Origin: Bacteroidales bacterium
Lineage (GTDB): Bacteria; Bacteroidota; Bacteroidia; Bacteroidales; GCA-2748055
NCBI GenBank assembly: GCA_016936975.1
Contig: JAFGWU010000025.1
Span: 361-64,360 of the forward strand
Direction of reading: 5' to 3'
DNA: 64,000 nt
Shown here: positions 1 to 9,329 of the stretch, in pieces
Layout: each line of letters opens with the position of its first letter
How positions within the stretch are numbered: the stretch's first letter is position 1
Notes under the pieces: model-generated
What the model saw: the letters and a program-made list of their open reading frames with translations, nothing else
Database searches by the model: none
Told to the model about the DNA's origin: nothing
Made by a program: the position numbers and the translations under genes

Positions 1-2289
1 ATGGCCGATATAACCTCCACCGAGGCACGGGCCAAATATCATAACTACGTGGCGAACAACAAACGGGGCAAATACCAGGGATTGACCTTCTGGTCGCCCA
101 ATATCAATATATTCAGGGATCCGCGGTGGGGTCGCGGACAGGAAACCTACGGAGAGGATCCCTACCTGACCGGCGAGCTGGCTGTACAGTTTATCAGGGG
201 ACTGCAGGGTGATGATCCCAGGTACTTTAAAGTGGTGGCCACCTCAAAACATTATGTGGTCCACAGCGGGCCGGAACCATTACGGCACCAGTTTGACGCC
301 GTTGTCAGTGACCGGGATTTCAGGGATACCTACCTGCCGGCATTCAGAAAAACGGTTCAGGAGGCAAACGTCTATTCTGTCATGTGTGCCTACAACCGCA
401 CTCTGGGTGAACCCTGCTGCGGCAGTTCAGGGTTGCAGGAAGAGCTCCTGCGGGGCGAACTTGGATTCGAAGGGTATATCGTGTCGGATTGCGGCGCCAT
501 CAGGGATTTCTACAGGGGACACAATGTGGTCGCCACCCCGGAGGAAGCCTCTGCACTGGGTATTCAGTCGGGAACCGACCTGAACTGCGGCAATGTCTAT
601 CCAAGCCTCGTAAAAGCCGTTGAGCAGGGACTGATTACTGAAGAGGAGATCGATGTCTCGGTTAAGCGGTTGATGCTGGCACGCATGAAACTGGGGATGT
701 TCGATCCCGATGAAATGGTTCCGTGGTCAGATTACCCGGCAGATACCATAGCCCATACGGCCCATAACCGGCTTGCCCTGGAGATGGCCCAAAAGTCCAT
801 TGTATTGCTGAAGAATGAGAACCGGGCCCTGCCGCTATCAAAAAACCTGAAGAAGGTGGCCGTCATCGGACCGAATGCGCACAACCGGCATGTGCTGTAC
901 GGAAATTATAACGGAACCCCCGTAAATCCGGTTACGGCGTACGAAGGGATCAAAGCCAGGCTCGGAGAAACAGCCGAGGTACGCTATGCGCAGGGCTCAC
1001 CCCATCATGAAAACCTCCCCTACCTTACACCCGTTCCGTCATCGGCACTCTTTGCTGACCCGGAACTCATAATCACAGGAGTGAAAGGGGAATACTTCAA
1101 TAACCTTACCGGTGAGGGAAAACCGGTATTCGAACGGATCGATCCGACCGTTAATTTTCACTGGTTCGACGATACTCCGCCTGACGGACTTAAGAACGAC
1201 AGCTTCCTGATCCGGTGGAGCGGCTTCCTCGTCCCTGAAAAATCGGGTGATTACTATATCGGCGTCGAGGGGAAATATATTGAATTTGAATTCAACGGTC
1301 AGAAACTGATTACCTTTGACAATGTACACCATCCGAATCAGATGTTCAGGCCCCTCTCCCTTGTTGCGGGCAACTCCTATCCCATCACCATTTCCCTGAA
1401 GGATAAGCACGTGGATGCCACATGTGTTCTCCACTGGCAGGAACCCGGTCAGAACCTTGCATGGGAGGCTCTGAAAACGGCACTCTGGGCCGATCACGTC
1501 ATCCTGGTCATGGGACTGAGTGCCGGACTGGAGGCAGAGGAGATGGGCGGATTTCAACTCGACGGTTTTGAGAAGGGTGACCGGACCTCCCTGGACCTGC
1601 CCGCTATCCAGCAGAAGCTCATCAAACAGATATATTTCACCGGCAAACCGGTTACGCTGGTCCTGATGACCGGCTCTGCCGTCTCCATAAACTGGGAAAA
1701 CGAGCATATTAAAGGGATTGTTGAAGCCTGGTACGCAGGAGAAACAGCCGGAACCGCCATTGCAAGCGTCCTCTTCGGGGACTATAATCCCGCGGGCCGG
1801 TTACCCGTAACTTTTTACAAATCCGCGGAAGATCTGCCTCCGTTTGAGGATTATGACATGGCCGGAAAAACCTACCGCTATTTCGATGGTGAAGTGCTTT
1901 ATCCCTTTGGCCATGGTTTGAGTTACTCGTCTTTTTCCTGTGAGAATCTGATTCTCGACAAAAACGAGGTTGCCACCGGTGAAACGGTAACCGTAAGCGT
2001 GGATGTCACCAATAACGGCCCGATGGATGGCGAGGAGGTAGTGCAGCTCTATATCGGTTACCCCGAATCATCCATCACCAAAGCTATAAAGGACCTCCGG
2101 GGATTCGAGCGTGTGATGGTCAAAACGGGGCAAACCAGAACGGTAACCATGGAGCTGTCACCTGACGACCTTGAATTGTATGATGAAGAGACGTCGGAAT
2201 ATATTGTTGTAAAGGGAACCTATCAAATCATGGTCGGCCCGTCATCGGATGCGCAAAAATTGATGGCCACCACCTTAACGGTGAAATAG
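1..2289 (+). CDS. GH3 beta-glucosidase/beta-xylosidase with PA14 insert and Fn3-like C-terminus (5'-truncated by window edge)
   Basis: WSPNINIFRDPRWGRGQETYGEDP, KH motif, nucleophile VSDCGA, PA14-like insert, YPFGHGLSY and EVVQLY motifs; no signal peptide, so the real start is probably upstream of the window. Confidence 0.92.
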   Translation: MADITSTEARAKYHNYVANNKRGKYQGLTFWSPNINIFRDPRWGRGQETYGEDPYLTGELAVQFIRGLQGDDPRYFKVVATSKHYVVHSGPEPLRHQFDAVVSDRDFRDTYLPAFRKTVQEANVYSVMCAYNRTLGEPCCGSSGLQEELLRGELGFEGYIVSDCGAIRDFYRGHNVVATPEEASALGIQSGTDLNCGNVYPSLVKAVEQGLITEEEIDVSVKRLMLARMKLGMFDPDEMVPWSDYPADTIAHTAHNRLALEMAQKSIVLLKNENRALPLSKNLKKVAVIGPNAHNRHVLYGNYNGTPVNPVTAYEGIKARLGETAEVRYAQGSPHHENLPYLTPVPSSALFADPELIITGVKGEYFNNLTGEGKPVFERIDPTVNFHWFDDTPPDGLKNDSFLIRWSGFLVPEKSGDYYIGVEGKYIEFEFNGQKLITFDNVHHPNQMFRPLSLVAGNSYPITISLKDKHVDATCVLHWQEPGQNLAWEALKTALWADHVILVMGLSAGLEAEEMGGFQLDGFEKGDRTSLDLPAIQQKLIKQIYFTGKPVTLVLMTGSAVSINWENEHIKGIVEAWYAGETAGTAIASVLFGDYNPAGRLPVTFYKSAEDLPPFEDYDMAGKTYRYFDGEVLYPFGHGLSYSSFSCENLILDKNEVATGETVTVSVDVTNNGPMDGEEVVQLYIGYPESSITKAIKDLRGFERVMVKTGQTRTVTMELSPDDLELYDEETSEYIVVKGTYQIMVGPSSDAQKLMATTLTVK

Positions 2290-2292
2290 GCG

Positions 2293-4221
2293 TTAATCCG
2301 ACACCTTGATGATTTTTTCGATGATCCGGTTTTCGTCATCCCTGATAACCATGAGGTACGGTCCGTCCTGTAATTCCGTGAGGTCGAGCCATACCGGGTT
2401 CTGGTATAATTCATAGCGCCGGACCTCCCTGCCATCGAGGGAGGTAATGATCAGTTTTTTGTTGCCGGTATGATTCCTGAACCGGATATTGATTTTGCCG
2501 GTAAAGGGGTTCGGTCCGAATACATAGAGCCGGTTTTCGGGAATCTCCTGCCTGACGGAGGATGAGCAGAGCAGGTTTCGACCGGGATCGAATTCAATAT
2601 CCCCGATCATCTCCGGTACGGCAATAACAAAAATGTTTTCGTTATCAGACTGGTACAACCGTACCGGGTACTCCCCGCCGGTGCCCTTCAGAAGCAGGTC
2701 AAAATGGGTGCGGAAGAAAGGCGTATTTTCCGAAGTGCCGGTCTGGGAACTGAAGATGTAGAGGGAATCCGCCTCCTGGTACCATGAAACGGAGAAGCTC
2801 GGGTACCCCGATCCATAATACCACTGATCGAAAAAACAGGAAAAATCCATTGCCGTTACCTCCTCCAGGACCTCCCTGAACGCTTCGGCCGTTGCCTCCC
2901 TGTTTGCAAACCGTTCGAGATAGGTGCCCAGTGCCCTGAAAAAGAGTTCGTCGTTGTTAATTTCATACCGGATCATGTGCAGTAATACCGCCCCCTTTTT
3001 GTAGGAAAGACTCAGGTTGAAAAGCCTGGAGGGGTTATCCGTCTCCCCGGCCGGCACAAAAACCGACCGCTCCTTATCAGACAGGGCCAGCGACATGGCC
3101 TGATCCATCCAGACCGTTGCAGGGTCCTTCCCGACCAGGTTCTCGAGGGCCACATACTCCATATAGGAGGCAAATCCTTCGTTTATCCAGATATCCTGCC
3201 AGTTACCGCAGGTAACATAATCCCCGAACCACTGGTGGGCCAGCTCGTGGGCCACCAGGGTAAATGAAAAATTGGTCAGGGTGGTCATGGTCTGGTGCTC
3301 CATCCCGCCCCCCATGGGAGCCATGGCATGACCATATTTCTCCGCGGCAAAAGGATAATCGATCAGCAGGGTGGAAAACAGCCGGATAAGTTCCCCGGTC
3401 TGCAGAATGTTTTCTTCCCAGTCGGTCAGGACCGCCGGGTTATCGTATATAAAATTCTGAACCAGAACCGAATCTTCTGTCCCCGGGAGCGGTACCCGGA
3501 AAGAGTAATCAATGTAATCGGCAACTGTAAAGGAAAGCAGGTAATAGGCCGTGGGAAAACGGGTCTTCCATTTAAAACGGTGTCTGCCTGAGCCCAGTGG
3601 CTCAACCGTTTCGAGGATGCCATTGGAGGCGGCCATCAGGGATCGGTCGCAGGTAATATCAATCCATGCAGAATCGCATTTGTCCTTCAGAACCTGTTTA
3701 ACCGGGAACCAGTCTTTTGCGTTGAAGGGCTCCGAAAGGGTATAGGTCACCTCTGCATTATATTTTGTATCCCGGGCAGAGGATATCCCGGCAAAAAAGC
3801 CCCTGTTCTGTCCGGCCTCTCCCCCGTACCAGACGGTCACTGATATTGCCTCGCCGGGTTGTTTGGGAGCCTGTAGCGGTATGGTGAGCACACCGGCCGC
3901 GTGCCCGAACGGGGCATTGTAAAGGCTGTCGACAGTCACCCGGGTAACGGTGAGGCTGTCCTGCAGTTCCAGGACGAATGTGTCGAGCAACGCGAGCGCC
4001 TCGGCCGTTACCGTGGTAAATCCGTCAATCTGCGTGGAACGGTTATCCGCCTCCAGGCTGATGTGATAAAACTTCACATCGTAACCCGAGAGCCACTCCT
4101 CATAGAGCGGATTTTCATAATCCCTCTCCGGATGGAGCGGACAGCTGTGATGAACCTGACCTGCAGCAGGAAGAAAAAAAATTGTCAGAATGACACTGCA
4201 TATCAGGAGTCTGTTTTTCAT
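2293..4221 (-). CDS. M1 family Zn aminopeptidase with T9SS C-terminal sorting domain
   Basis: Signal peptide; GGMEH, HELAHQW and NEGFA zincin motifs; C-terminal FGPNPF...SLDGR...GPYLM CTD; start overlaps the galM stop. Confidence 0.88.
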   Translation of the reverse strand: MKNRLLICSVILTIFFLPAAGQVHHSCPLHPERDYENPLYEEWLSGYDVKFYHISLEADNRSTQIDGFTTVTAEALALLDTFVLELQDSLTVTRVTVDSLYNAPFGHAAGVLTIPLQAPKQPGEAISVTVWYGGEAGQNRGFFAGISSARDTKYNAEVTYTLSEPFNAKDWFPVKQVLKDKCDSAWIDITCDRSLMAASNGILETVEPLGSGRHRFKWKTRFPTAYYLLSFTVADYIDYSFRVPLPGTEDSVLVQNFIYDNPAVLTDWEENILQTGELIRLFSTLLIDYPFAAEKYGHAMAPMGGGMEHQTMTTLTNFSFTLVAHELAHQWFGDYVTCGNWQDIWINEGFASYMEYVALENLVGKDPATVWMDQAMSLALSDKERSVFVPAGETDNPSRLFNLSLSYKKGAVLLHMIRYEINNDELFFRALGTYLERFANREATAEAFREVLEEVTAMDFSCFFDQWYYGSGYPSFSVSWYQEADSLYIFSSQTGTSENTPFFRTHFDLLLKGTGGEYPVRLYQSDNENIFVIAVPEMIGDIEFDPGRNLLCSSSVRQEIPENRLYVFGPNPFTGKINIRFRNHTGNKKLIITSLDGREVRRYELYQNPVWLDLTELQDGPYLMVIRDDENRIIEKIIKVSD

Positions 4222-5252
4222 CCGGCAGAGAATCTGTAAACAATCAATTCATTGTATTTTTCTCCCGGATTCAGAAGTGTGGAGGGGAAAGAGGCCTGAT
4301 TGGGGGTATTCGGGAAATGCTGTGTTTCCAGGCAAACCGCCGAATGCTTATTGTAAACCTTTCCATCCTTCCCTTTAATGCCACTGACATAGTTTGAGGT
4401 GTAGAGCTGAACGCCCGGTTGGGTCGTCAGCACCTCCAGGGTTCTTCCGGACCGGGGATCATGCAATACCGCTGCCTTCTCAAGCTCGGGTCCCTTTTTA
4501 TTCAGTACATAATTAATATCGTAGCCCATATCAAGGCGGCGGATATCCTGCCCGACAGGTTTTGCCTCCCTGAAATCATAGGGCGTCCCATCCACCTTCC
4601 TGATCTCACCGGTGGCAATGTTTTCCGCATCCAGCACCGTATAACCATCTGCATCGATCATCAGCAGATGATCATAAACCGGCCTTTCAGAATCATCCAG
4701 GTTGAAATAGCTGTGGTTGGTGAGGTTCACATGGGTGGGCCTGTCGGTTTGCGCCTGCATGGAAATAGCCAGCTCATTGGCATCATTCAGTGTATAAACC
4801 ACCACCGCCTGCAGGTTACCGGGATATCCCTCCTCCCCGTCGGGACTCAGGTAACTGAAGGTGACGGAAACCTCATCCGGACTTTTCACGGTATCAGGGG
4901 TCCACAGCACTTTGTCAAAACCTTTATGGCCGCCGTGTAGCTGGTTCTTTCCCTCATTCGCAGAGAGACGGTACAAATGTCCGCCAATTTCAAAGGAGGC
5001 ACCCCCGGTCCGGTTGCACACCCGGCCGATTATCGCACCGAAATAGGGATGGTCGGAAAGGTATCCCTCCAGGGTGTCAAAGCCCAGCACCACATCGCCC
5101 GGCTCGTGATGGCGGCCGGGAACCTTCAGAGCGGTAATGATCGCGCCGTAGTTGATCAGGCAGACCTCCATGCCGTTATTGTTCCTTAAAATGAATTTCT
5201 GAACCTCTCTGCCGTCGGGAAGGATTCCGAATGGATATTGTTCGATGGTCAT
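4218..5252 (-). CDS. galM: Aldose 1-epimerase (galactose mutarotase)
   Basis: GAIIGRVCNR, LHGG, NLTNHSYFNL and CLETQHFP motifs. Confidence 0.93.
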   Translation of the reverse strand: MTIEQYPFGILPDGREVQKFILRNNNGMEVCLINYGAIITALKVPGRHHEPGDVVLGFDTLEGYLSDHPYFGAIIGRVCNRTGGASFEIGGHLYRLSANEGKNQLHGGHKGFDKVLWTPDTVKSPDEVSVTFSYLSPDGEEGYPGNLQAVVVYTLNDANELAISMQAQTDRPTHVNLTNHSYFNLDDSERPVYDHLLMIDADGYTVLDAENIATGEIRKVDGTPYDFREAKPVGQDIRRLDMGYDINYVLNKKGPELEKAAVLHDPRSGRTLEVLTTQPGVQLYTSNYVSGIKGKDGKVYNKHSAVCLETQHFPNTPNQASFPSTLLNPGEKYNELIVYRFSAG

Positions 5253-5284
5253 AATGCGTAATTGAATTAATGGATTTGAGGTAT

Positions 5285-5292
5285 CAAATATA
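5285..5292 (-). promoter_or_regulatory. Bacteroidota -7 promoter box (TATATTTG) for galM
   Basis: Matches TAnnTTTG about 32 nt upstream of the galM ATG. Confidence 0.6.
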
Positions 5293-5344
5293 GTTAAAAT
5301 GGACGAATGGGCGACTGCGTAATCCGAAGCCTTGGTGAAGGATT

Positions 5345-5432
5345 AATGGGCAAATGGGCAAATGGGCGAATGAGCGAATGGGCGAATGGGCGAATGGGCG
5401 AATGAGCGAATGAGCGAATGGGCGAATGAGCG
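5345..5432. repeat. 8-bp tandem repeat AATG(G/A)GC(G/A) x11
   Basis: Counted directly; two further units near 5298-5313. Confidence 0.95.
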
Positions 5433-5448
5433 ATTATTGATGTGCAGG

Positions 5449-5900
5449 GTTTTTAAGCCGTGATCAATGGCCGGAAGGTCGTGTACAGCACTTTTAAGGC
5501 CGGTTGCAAAGGTCGGAAGGTCGTGTACAGCATTTTTAAGGTCGGTTTCAGCGGTCGGAAGGTCGGTTTATGTGGTCGGAGGGTCGGTTTATGTGGTCGG
5601 AGGGTGACGCATTGTCAGGTGCACCCCCTTGCACAGCGATCGGAAGGTCGGTTTCAGCGGTCGGAAGGTCGGTTTCAGCGGTCGAAAGATCGGTTTCAGC
5701 GGTCGGAAGGTCGGTTTCAGCGGTCGGAAGGTCGGTTTCAGCGATCGGAAGGTCGGTTTCAGCGGTCGGACAACCGGTTTCAGCGATCGGACAACCGGTT
5801 TCAGCGATCGGAAGCTGACGTATTGTCAGGTACGCCCTCTGCATAGCGGCCGGAAGGCCGGTTTCTGAGGTCGCACAACCGGTTTCAGCGATCGGACAGC
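5449..5900. repeat. 21-bp tandem repeat array, consensus GGTCGGAAGGTCGGTTTCAGC, about 21 units
   Basis: Units stay in 21-bp register except one 22-bp unit (5616-5637); no unique spacers. Confidence 0.9.
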
Positions 5901-5935
5901 AGTGTTCAGGGTGATGCCTGTCGCCTCAATTATTT

Positions 5936-5943
5936 TATCTTTG
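5936..5943 (+). promoter_or_regulatory. -7 promoter box (TATCTTTG) upstream of AEC transporter
   Basis: Matches TAnnTTTG. Confidence 0.5.
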
Positions 5944-6063
5944 ATGCTTAATTACAAAAATTGTTGGAAAATCAATCCATTTTATGAAATTTATAGACGG
6001 AACACTAATGGAATTAGCACCTTTCATTCAGGAGACTTCAAAAAGCATTATACCTGAAGGGTA

Positions 6064-6107
6064 TTACAGACTTTATGGACTTTACAGACTTTACAGACTT
6101 TCAGACT
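6064..6107. repeat. 9-bp imperfect tandem repeat TTACAGACT, about 5 copies
   Basis: Directly visible immediately before the TTG start at 6115. Confidence 0.8.
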
Positions 6108-6114
6108 AAATAAA

Positions 6115-7080
6115 TTGGAAAACCAGATTATACTCCATCAGATCATCATCCTTGCCATCCTGGTGGCTATCGGGGTACTGGCCACCAAGCTCAGGGTGAT
6201 CAACGAGTCGGTGAAGGATGGCATGGCCAGGCTGATATTTCAGATCACCCTGCCGCTTTATATCATTACCTCAATGGCCCGGGTCGATCTTACGACCGAG
6301 ATCATTTTTAACAGCAGCCTGCTGTTTATGTATGCTTTCCTCGCCTTTTTCATCATGTTTCTTACCGGAACGTTGTTTGCCAGGGTCACCCGGTTGAAGG
6401 GCCCGCAACGCGCCGTTTTTATCAATCATCACATCTTCGGGAACATCGTATTCCTTGGATTTCCCCTCATGGATGCATTGTTCCCGGGTGGAGAGGGATT
6501 GCTTTATGCCGCCATCTACCAGCTGGCATCAAACATCATCATGTGGTCCTTTGGCATCTGGATTTTCATCAGGGGAAACGGGACCCCGACAAAAGACCTG
6601 CTGAAGAATTTGATCAATCCCAATACCATTGCACTTTTTCTTGGACTGATCATCATGTATTTCAGGGTTGGGATCCCGGATGTGGTTTATGAACCCCTGA
6701 ACGGACTGGGAAGAACCACCACGTACCTCTCCATGCTCTATATCGGGGCCATGCTGTCCTATATGGCCATTGGAAATGCCCTGAAGAAATTTCACATCTA
6801 CCTGCTCAGCTTCAATAAACTGCTGTTCGTACCGGCCATTCTGACAATCCTGGTCTACGGAATATCCGAATGGATTACCCCCGGATTTGGTCCTGTCGCC
6901 AGGAAGGTACTGATCATGGAAGCTTCCATGCCCTGTATGGCCATCATTGTTGTGCTTGCCAGACGATTCAATTCCGATGATGCCCTGGCTGCAGAAAATG
7001 TCTTCTTTACCACCATTGCCAGCCTTTTTACATTACCCCTTGTTTATTCGGGACTTTTATGGATTGAAAGCTGGATTTAA
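6115..7080 (+). CDS. AEC (auxin efflux carrier/malate permease) family transporter
   Basis: About 10 TM segments; FGNIVFLGFP, LINPNTIA and ASMPCMA motifs; TTG start. Confidence 0.85.
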   Translation: MENQIILHQIIILAILVAIGVLATKLRVINESVKDGMARLIFQITLPLYIITSMARVDLTTEIIFNSSLLFMYAFLAFFIMFLTGTLFARVTRLKGPQRAVFINHHIFGNIVFLGFPLMDALFPGGEGLLYAAIYQLASNIIMWSFGIWIFIRGNGTPTKDLLKNLINPNTIALFLGLIIMYFRVGIPDVVYEPLNGLGRTTTYLSMLYIGAMLSYMAIGNALKKFHIYLLSFNKLLFVPAILTILVYGISEWITPGFGPVARKVLIMEASMPCMAIIVVLARRFNSDDALAAENVFFTTIASLFTLPLVYSGLLWIESWI

Positions 7081-7282
7081 ACACCCCATTTTGAGCACCC
7101 GGAGGATTTTTTTTGAAAAAAATTCCGCTTCCCTTTCGATTTTGCCTTTCCTCATCACATTAATACCCGGATGACCTCCTTATTCATGAATAATTGATTA
7201 CCGCACGTTTCTGATCAGATTTTTTTCACGGCGCAAACCGAAAAGCCTTAAAAGAGTAGGTACAATCATTAAACCTAATGAA

Positions 7283-8023
7283 ATGAAAACACTTTTTAAA
7301 GTGCTGTCAGCTGTATTGTTTGTTATGCTTCTGGTATCCTGTTCAGAAACGGATGAAGTTCAGGATAACCGGATTGAACAGATTTATGAAAACCGCTCGA
7401 ATGAATCCAAACCAAACCCTTCCCTTCTTGAAGATAACCTGATCAGCGTGGAGCGAATCGGGAAAGATCACCGGATAAGTAAAGAGATAAGGGATGAATT
7501 GAACCGGTATGGTATCCCTTCAGCCTCATATGACCTGAGTTCAGTCAACCGCTTCCGCTTTAATTACAGCAGGTGCAACCTCTATTCCCTGCAGGCCAAC
7601 AGCGACGGGGAAAGATTTATCCTCTATGAGTACGACGGTCAGTACCTGCTGATGCAGGCAAAACTGGAAACCGTGAGTGATACCATTCGTCTTTTCGAAC
7701 TCCATACTGCCGACGGTGTGCTCTGTTACAGCATGGAGGTTTCGGAGTCAAACCTTCTGGGGACGATTGTGATTGGGGACAATCCTGCATTGAATGCTTT
7801 CAGGGAGTCGGTATCGGAACAAATTGAGAGAAAAAGAGTGTTGAAAGGAACAAAGGCCGATTACTGCCGGCAGGAAGCCAGCTGGAGTGCCTGCTTCGAA
7901 TGCAGCCTGGAGTACTGTGCATCAAAATGGTACTGTTCCGCAGCTATTTCAATTTATCCAATGGAGTTTCTGGCAGGTTTCGCAGCCTCCTGCATCGGAG
8001 CGAGTCCCGATGCAATGGCATAG
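7283..8023 (+). CDS. Lipoprotein with Cys-rich hydrophobic C-terminal peptide, function unknown
   Basis: Lipobox LVSC followed by acidic SETDE; six Cys in the last ~52 aa. Confidence 0.75.
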   Translation: MKTLFKVLSAVLFVMLLVSCSETDEVQDNRIEQIYENRSNESKPNPSLLEDNLISVERIGKDHRISKEIRDELNRYGIPSASYDLSSVNRFRFNYSRCNLYSLQANSDGERFILYEYDGQYLLMQAKLETVSDTIRLFELHTADGVLCYSMEVSESNLLGTIVIGDNPALNAFRESVSEQIERKRVLKGTKADYCRQEASWSACFECSLEYCASKWYCSAAISIYPMEFLAGFAASCIGASPDAMA

Positions 8024-8137
8024 TGAAAATGCCCGGAAAATCAGGAGCGGGTTTTTAAGCGGTCGACTGAACCTGATTATGCTTTTAGAATAGAGTGCTC
8101 ATAACCCAATATTTTTTAAATAAAACCACAAAACATC

Positions 8138-8323
8138 ATGAAAAAACTGGCTAATATAAAATTCTGGAGTTTCCTGGCTGCCGGCATTCTCTGTGTGCTG
8201 GGAGGTACCTACGTGTTAATTTCCGGCATCATGTCGGAGCCGGTAGCGATCATGCTGATTATAGCTGCTGTGGTACAGCTGACTATATTTTACCTGCTTC
8301 TGTTTTTCTGGAAAAAGAAATAG
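8138..8323 (+). CDS. Small two-TM membrane protein (61 aa)
   Basis: A-rich leader and ATG start; two hydrophobic helices; basic termini MKK...KKK. Confidence 0.65.
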   Translation: MKKLANIKFWSFLAAGILCVLGGTYVLISGIMSEPVAIMLIIAAVVQLTIFYLLLFFWKKK

Positions 8324-8352
8324 GACTCGACACCGGTATCCTTTTTCAGCAA

Positions 8353-8404
8353 ATATTACCCGGCACCCCCTGTTTCATCCTGAAATCCGGAGCGCCGGGT
8401 AATA
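8353..8404. terminator. Inverted repeat between convergent genes
   Basis: TATTACCCGGC...GCCGGGTAATA arms; no clear U-tract. Confidence 0.4.
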
Positions 8405-8416
8405 CCTTCAATATTG

Positions 8417-9238
8417 TTAAGGATTGATGATAACCTCATCCTCGGCATAAAACAGGCCCGTATTCAGAAGGATATCATTGGCTGTATTCCCGTCATTGCC
8501 GCTGTCGGCATACACCACAATCTGACCGTTCACCACGATCAGGAAGTGGTCGGAAGCGGCTATATCCGCTGAAACTGTGGTGAACTGGCTGATCCCGCCG
8601 GAAGGAAAGGTACTGGAAGCGATCTGTTTGCCGGTCCGGGTATCAATCAGTATTACAAGACCTTCATATTTATAGAGGACCGGGATATTCCCCAGTTCCT
8701 GAATCTCGGGATTGGCATATACAATGGCAGTGGTATTTAATTTTCCTCCTGAAATGTTGGAAATAATGGTTACCGTAGGGCTGACACTCAGTCGCGGCAC
8801 GATTTCAAAGAATACAGTATACTGTTCCTCGCCGTAAAAGGGTGAGGAAGTGAGAAAAGTATTATCCTTGTCTTCCGCATAAACCTCCAGCTCTCCCTGT
8901 GCCCAGATGATAAAATCGTTGATCCCGGCTGTATCCGCAGAGATGCTGAAAATTTGTGTGGCCCCCTCGCTTTCTATCAGATTATAGGCAAGCTGTGCCC
9001 CGGTCTCCGCATCGATAATGGAAGCCGAACCGTTATACTGATAGGTCAGTTTCACGTTTCCGGCCACCAGAACCGTTGTCACCGAATTCAGGGTGATGGT
9101 GGCGTTGATTTTACCATTGGCTATATGGGTGGTTATCGTAACAGCGGGTTCCACTGATACAATGGGAATGTCTTCAATTTTAATACATCCTGTCAGAAAC
9201 ATACCGGTCAACACCAATAATACAATGCCTCGTTTCAT
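8417..9238 (-). CDS. Lipoprotein of unknown function with two tandem ~125-aa beta-rich repeats
   Basis: Lipobox LTGC; the two halves align by eye; TATATTTG box at 9269-9276. Confidence 0.7.
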   Translation of the reverse strand: MKRGIVLLVLTGMFLTGCIKIEDIPIVSVEPAVTITTHIANGKINATITLNSVTTVLVAGNVKLTYQYNGSASIIDAETGAQLAYNLIESEGATQIFSISADTAGINDFIIWAQGELEVYAEDKDNTFLTSSPFYGEEQYTVFFEIVPRLSVSPTVTIISNISGGKLNTTAIVYANPEIQELGNIPVLYKYEGLVILIDTRTGKQIASSTFPSGGISQFTTVSADIAASDHFLIVVNGQIVVYADSGNDGNTANDILLNTGLFYAEDEVIINP

Positions 9239-9329
9239 CTCAAAAGCTTTTTAGGTAGATTTTCAAAACAAATATACAATAATACGTAAATTACCCGTCA
9301 ATATGGTTCAAAACGTTCTGTTTATCATC

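Noticed and set aside
5460-5868. Four overlapping ORFs across the 21-bp array
   Set aside because: The repeat unit is stop-free in several frames, so open frames are expected; there is no independent coding evidence
5449-5900. 21-bp array as a CRISPR array
   Set aside because: Units are directly adjacent with no unique spacers, and there are no cas genes in the window
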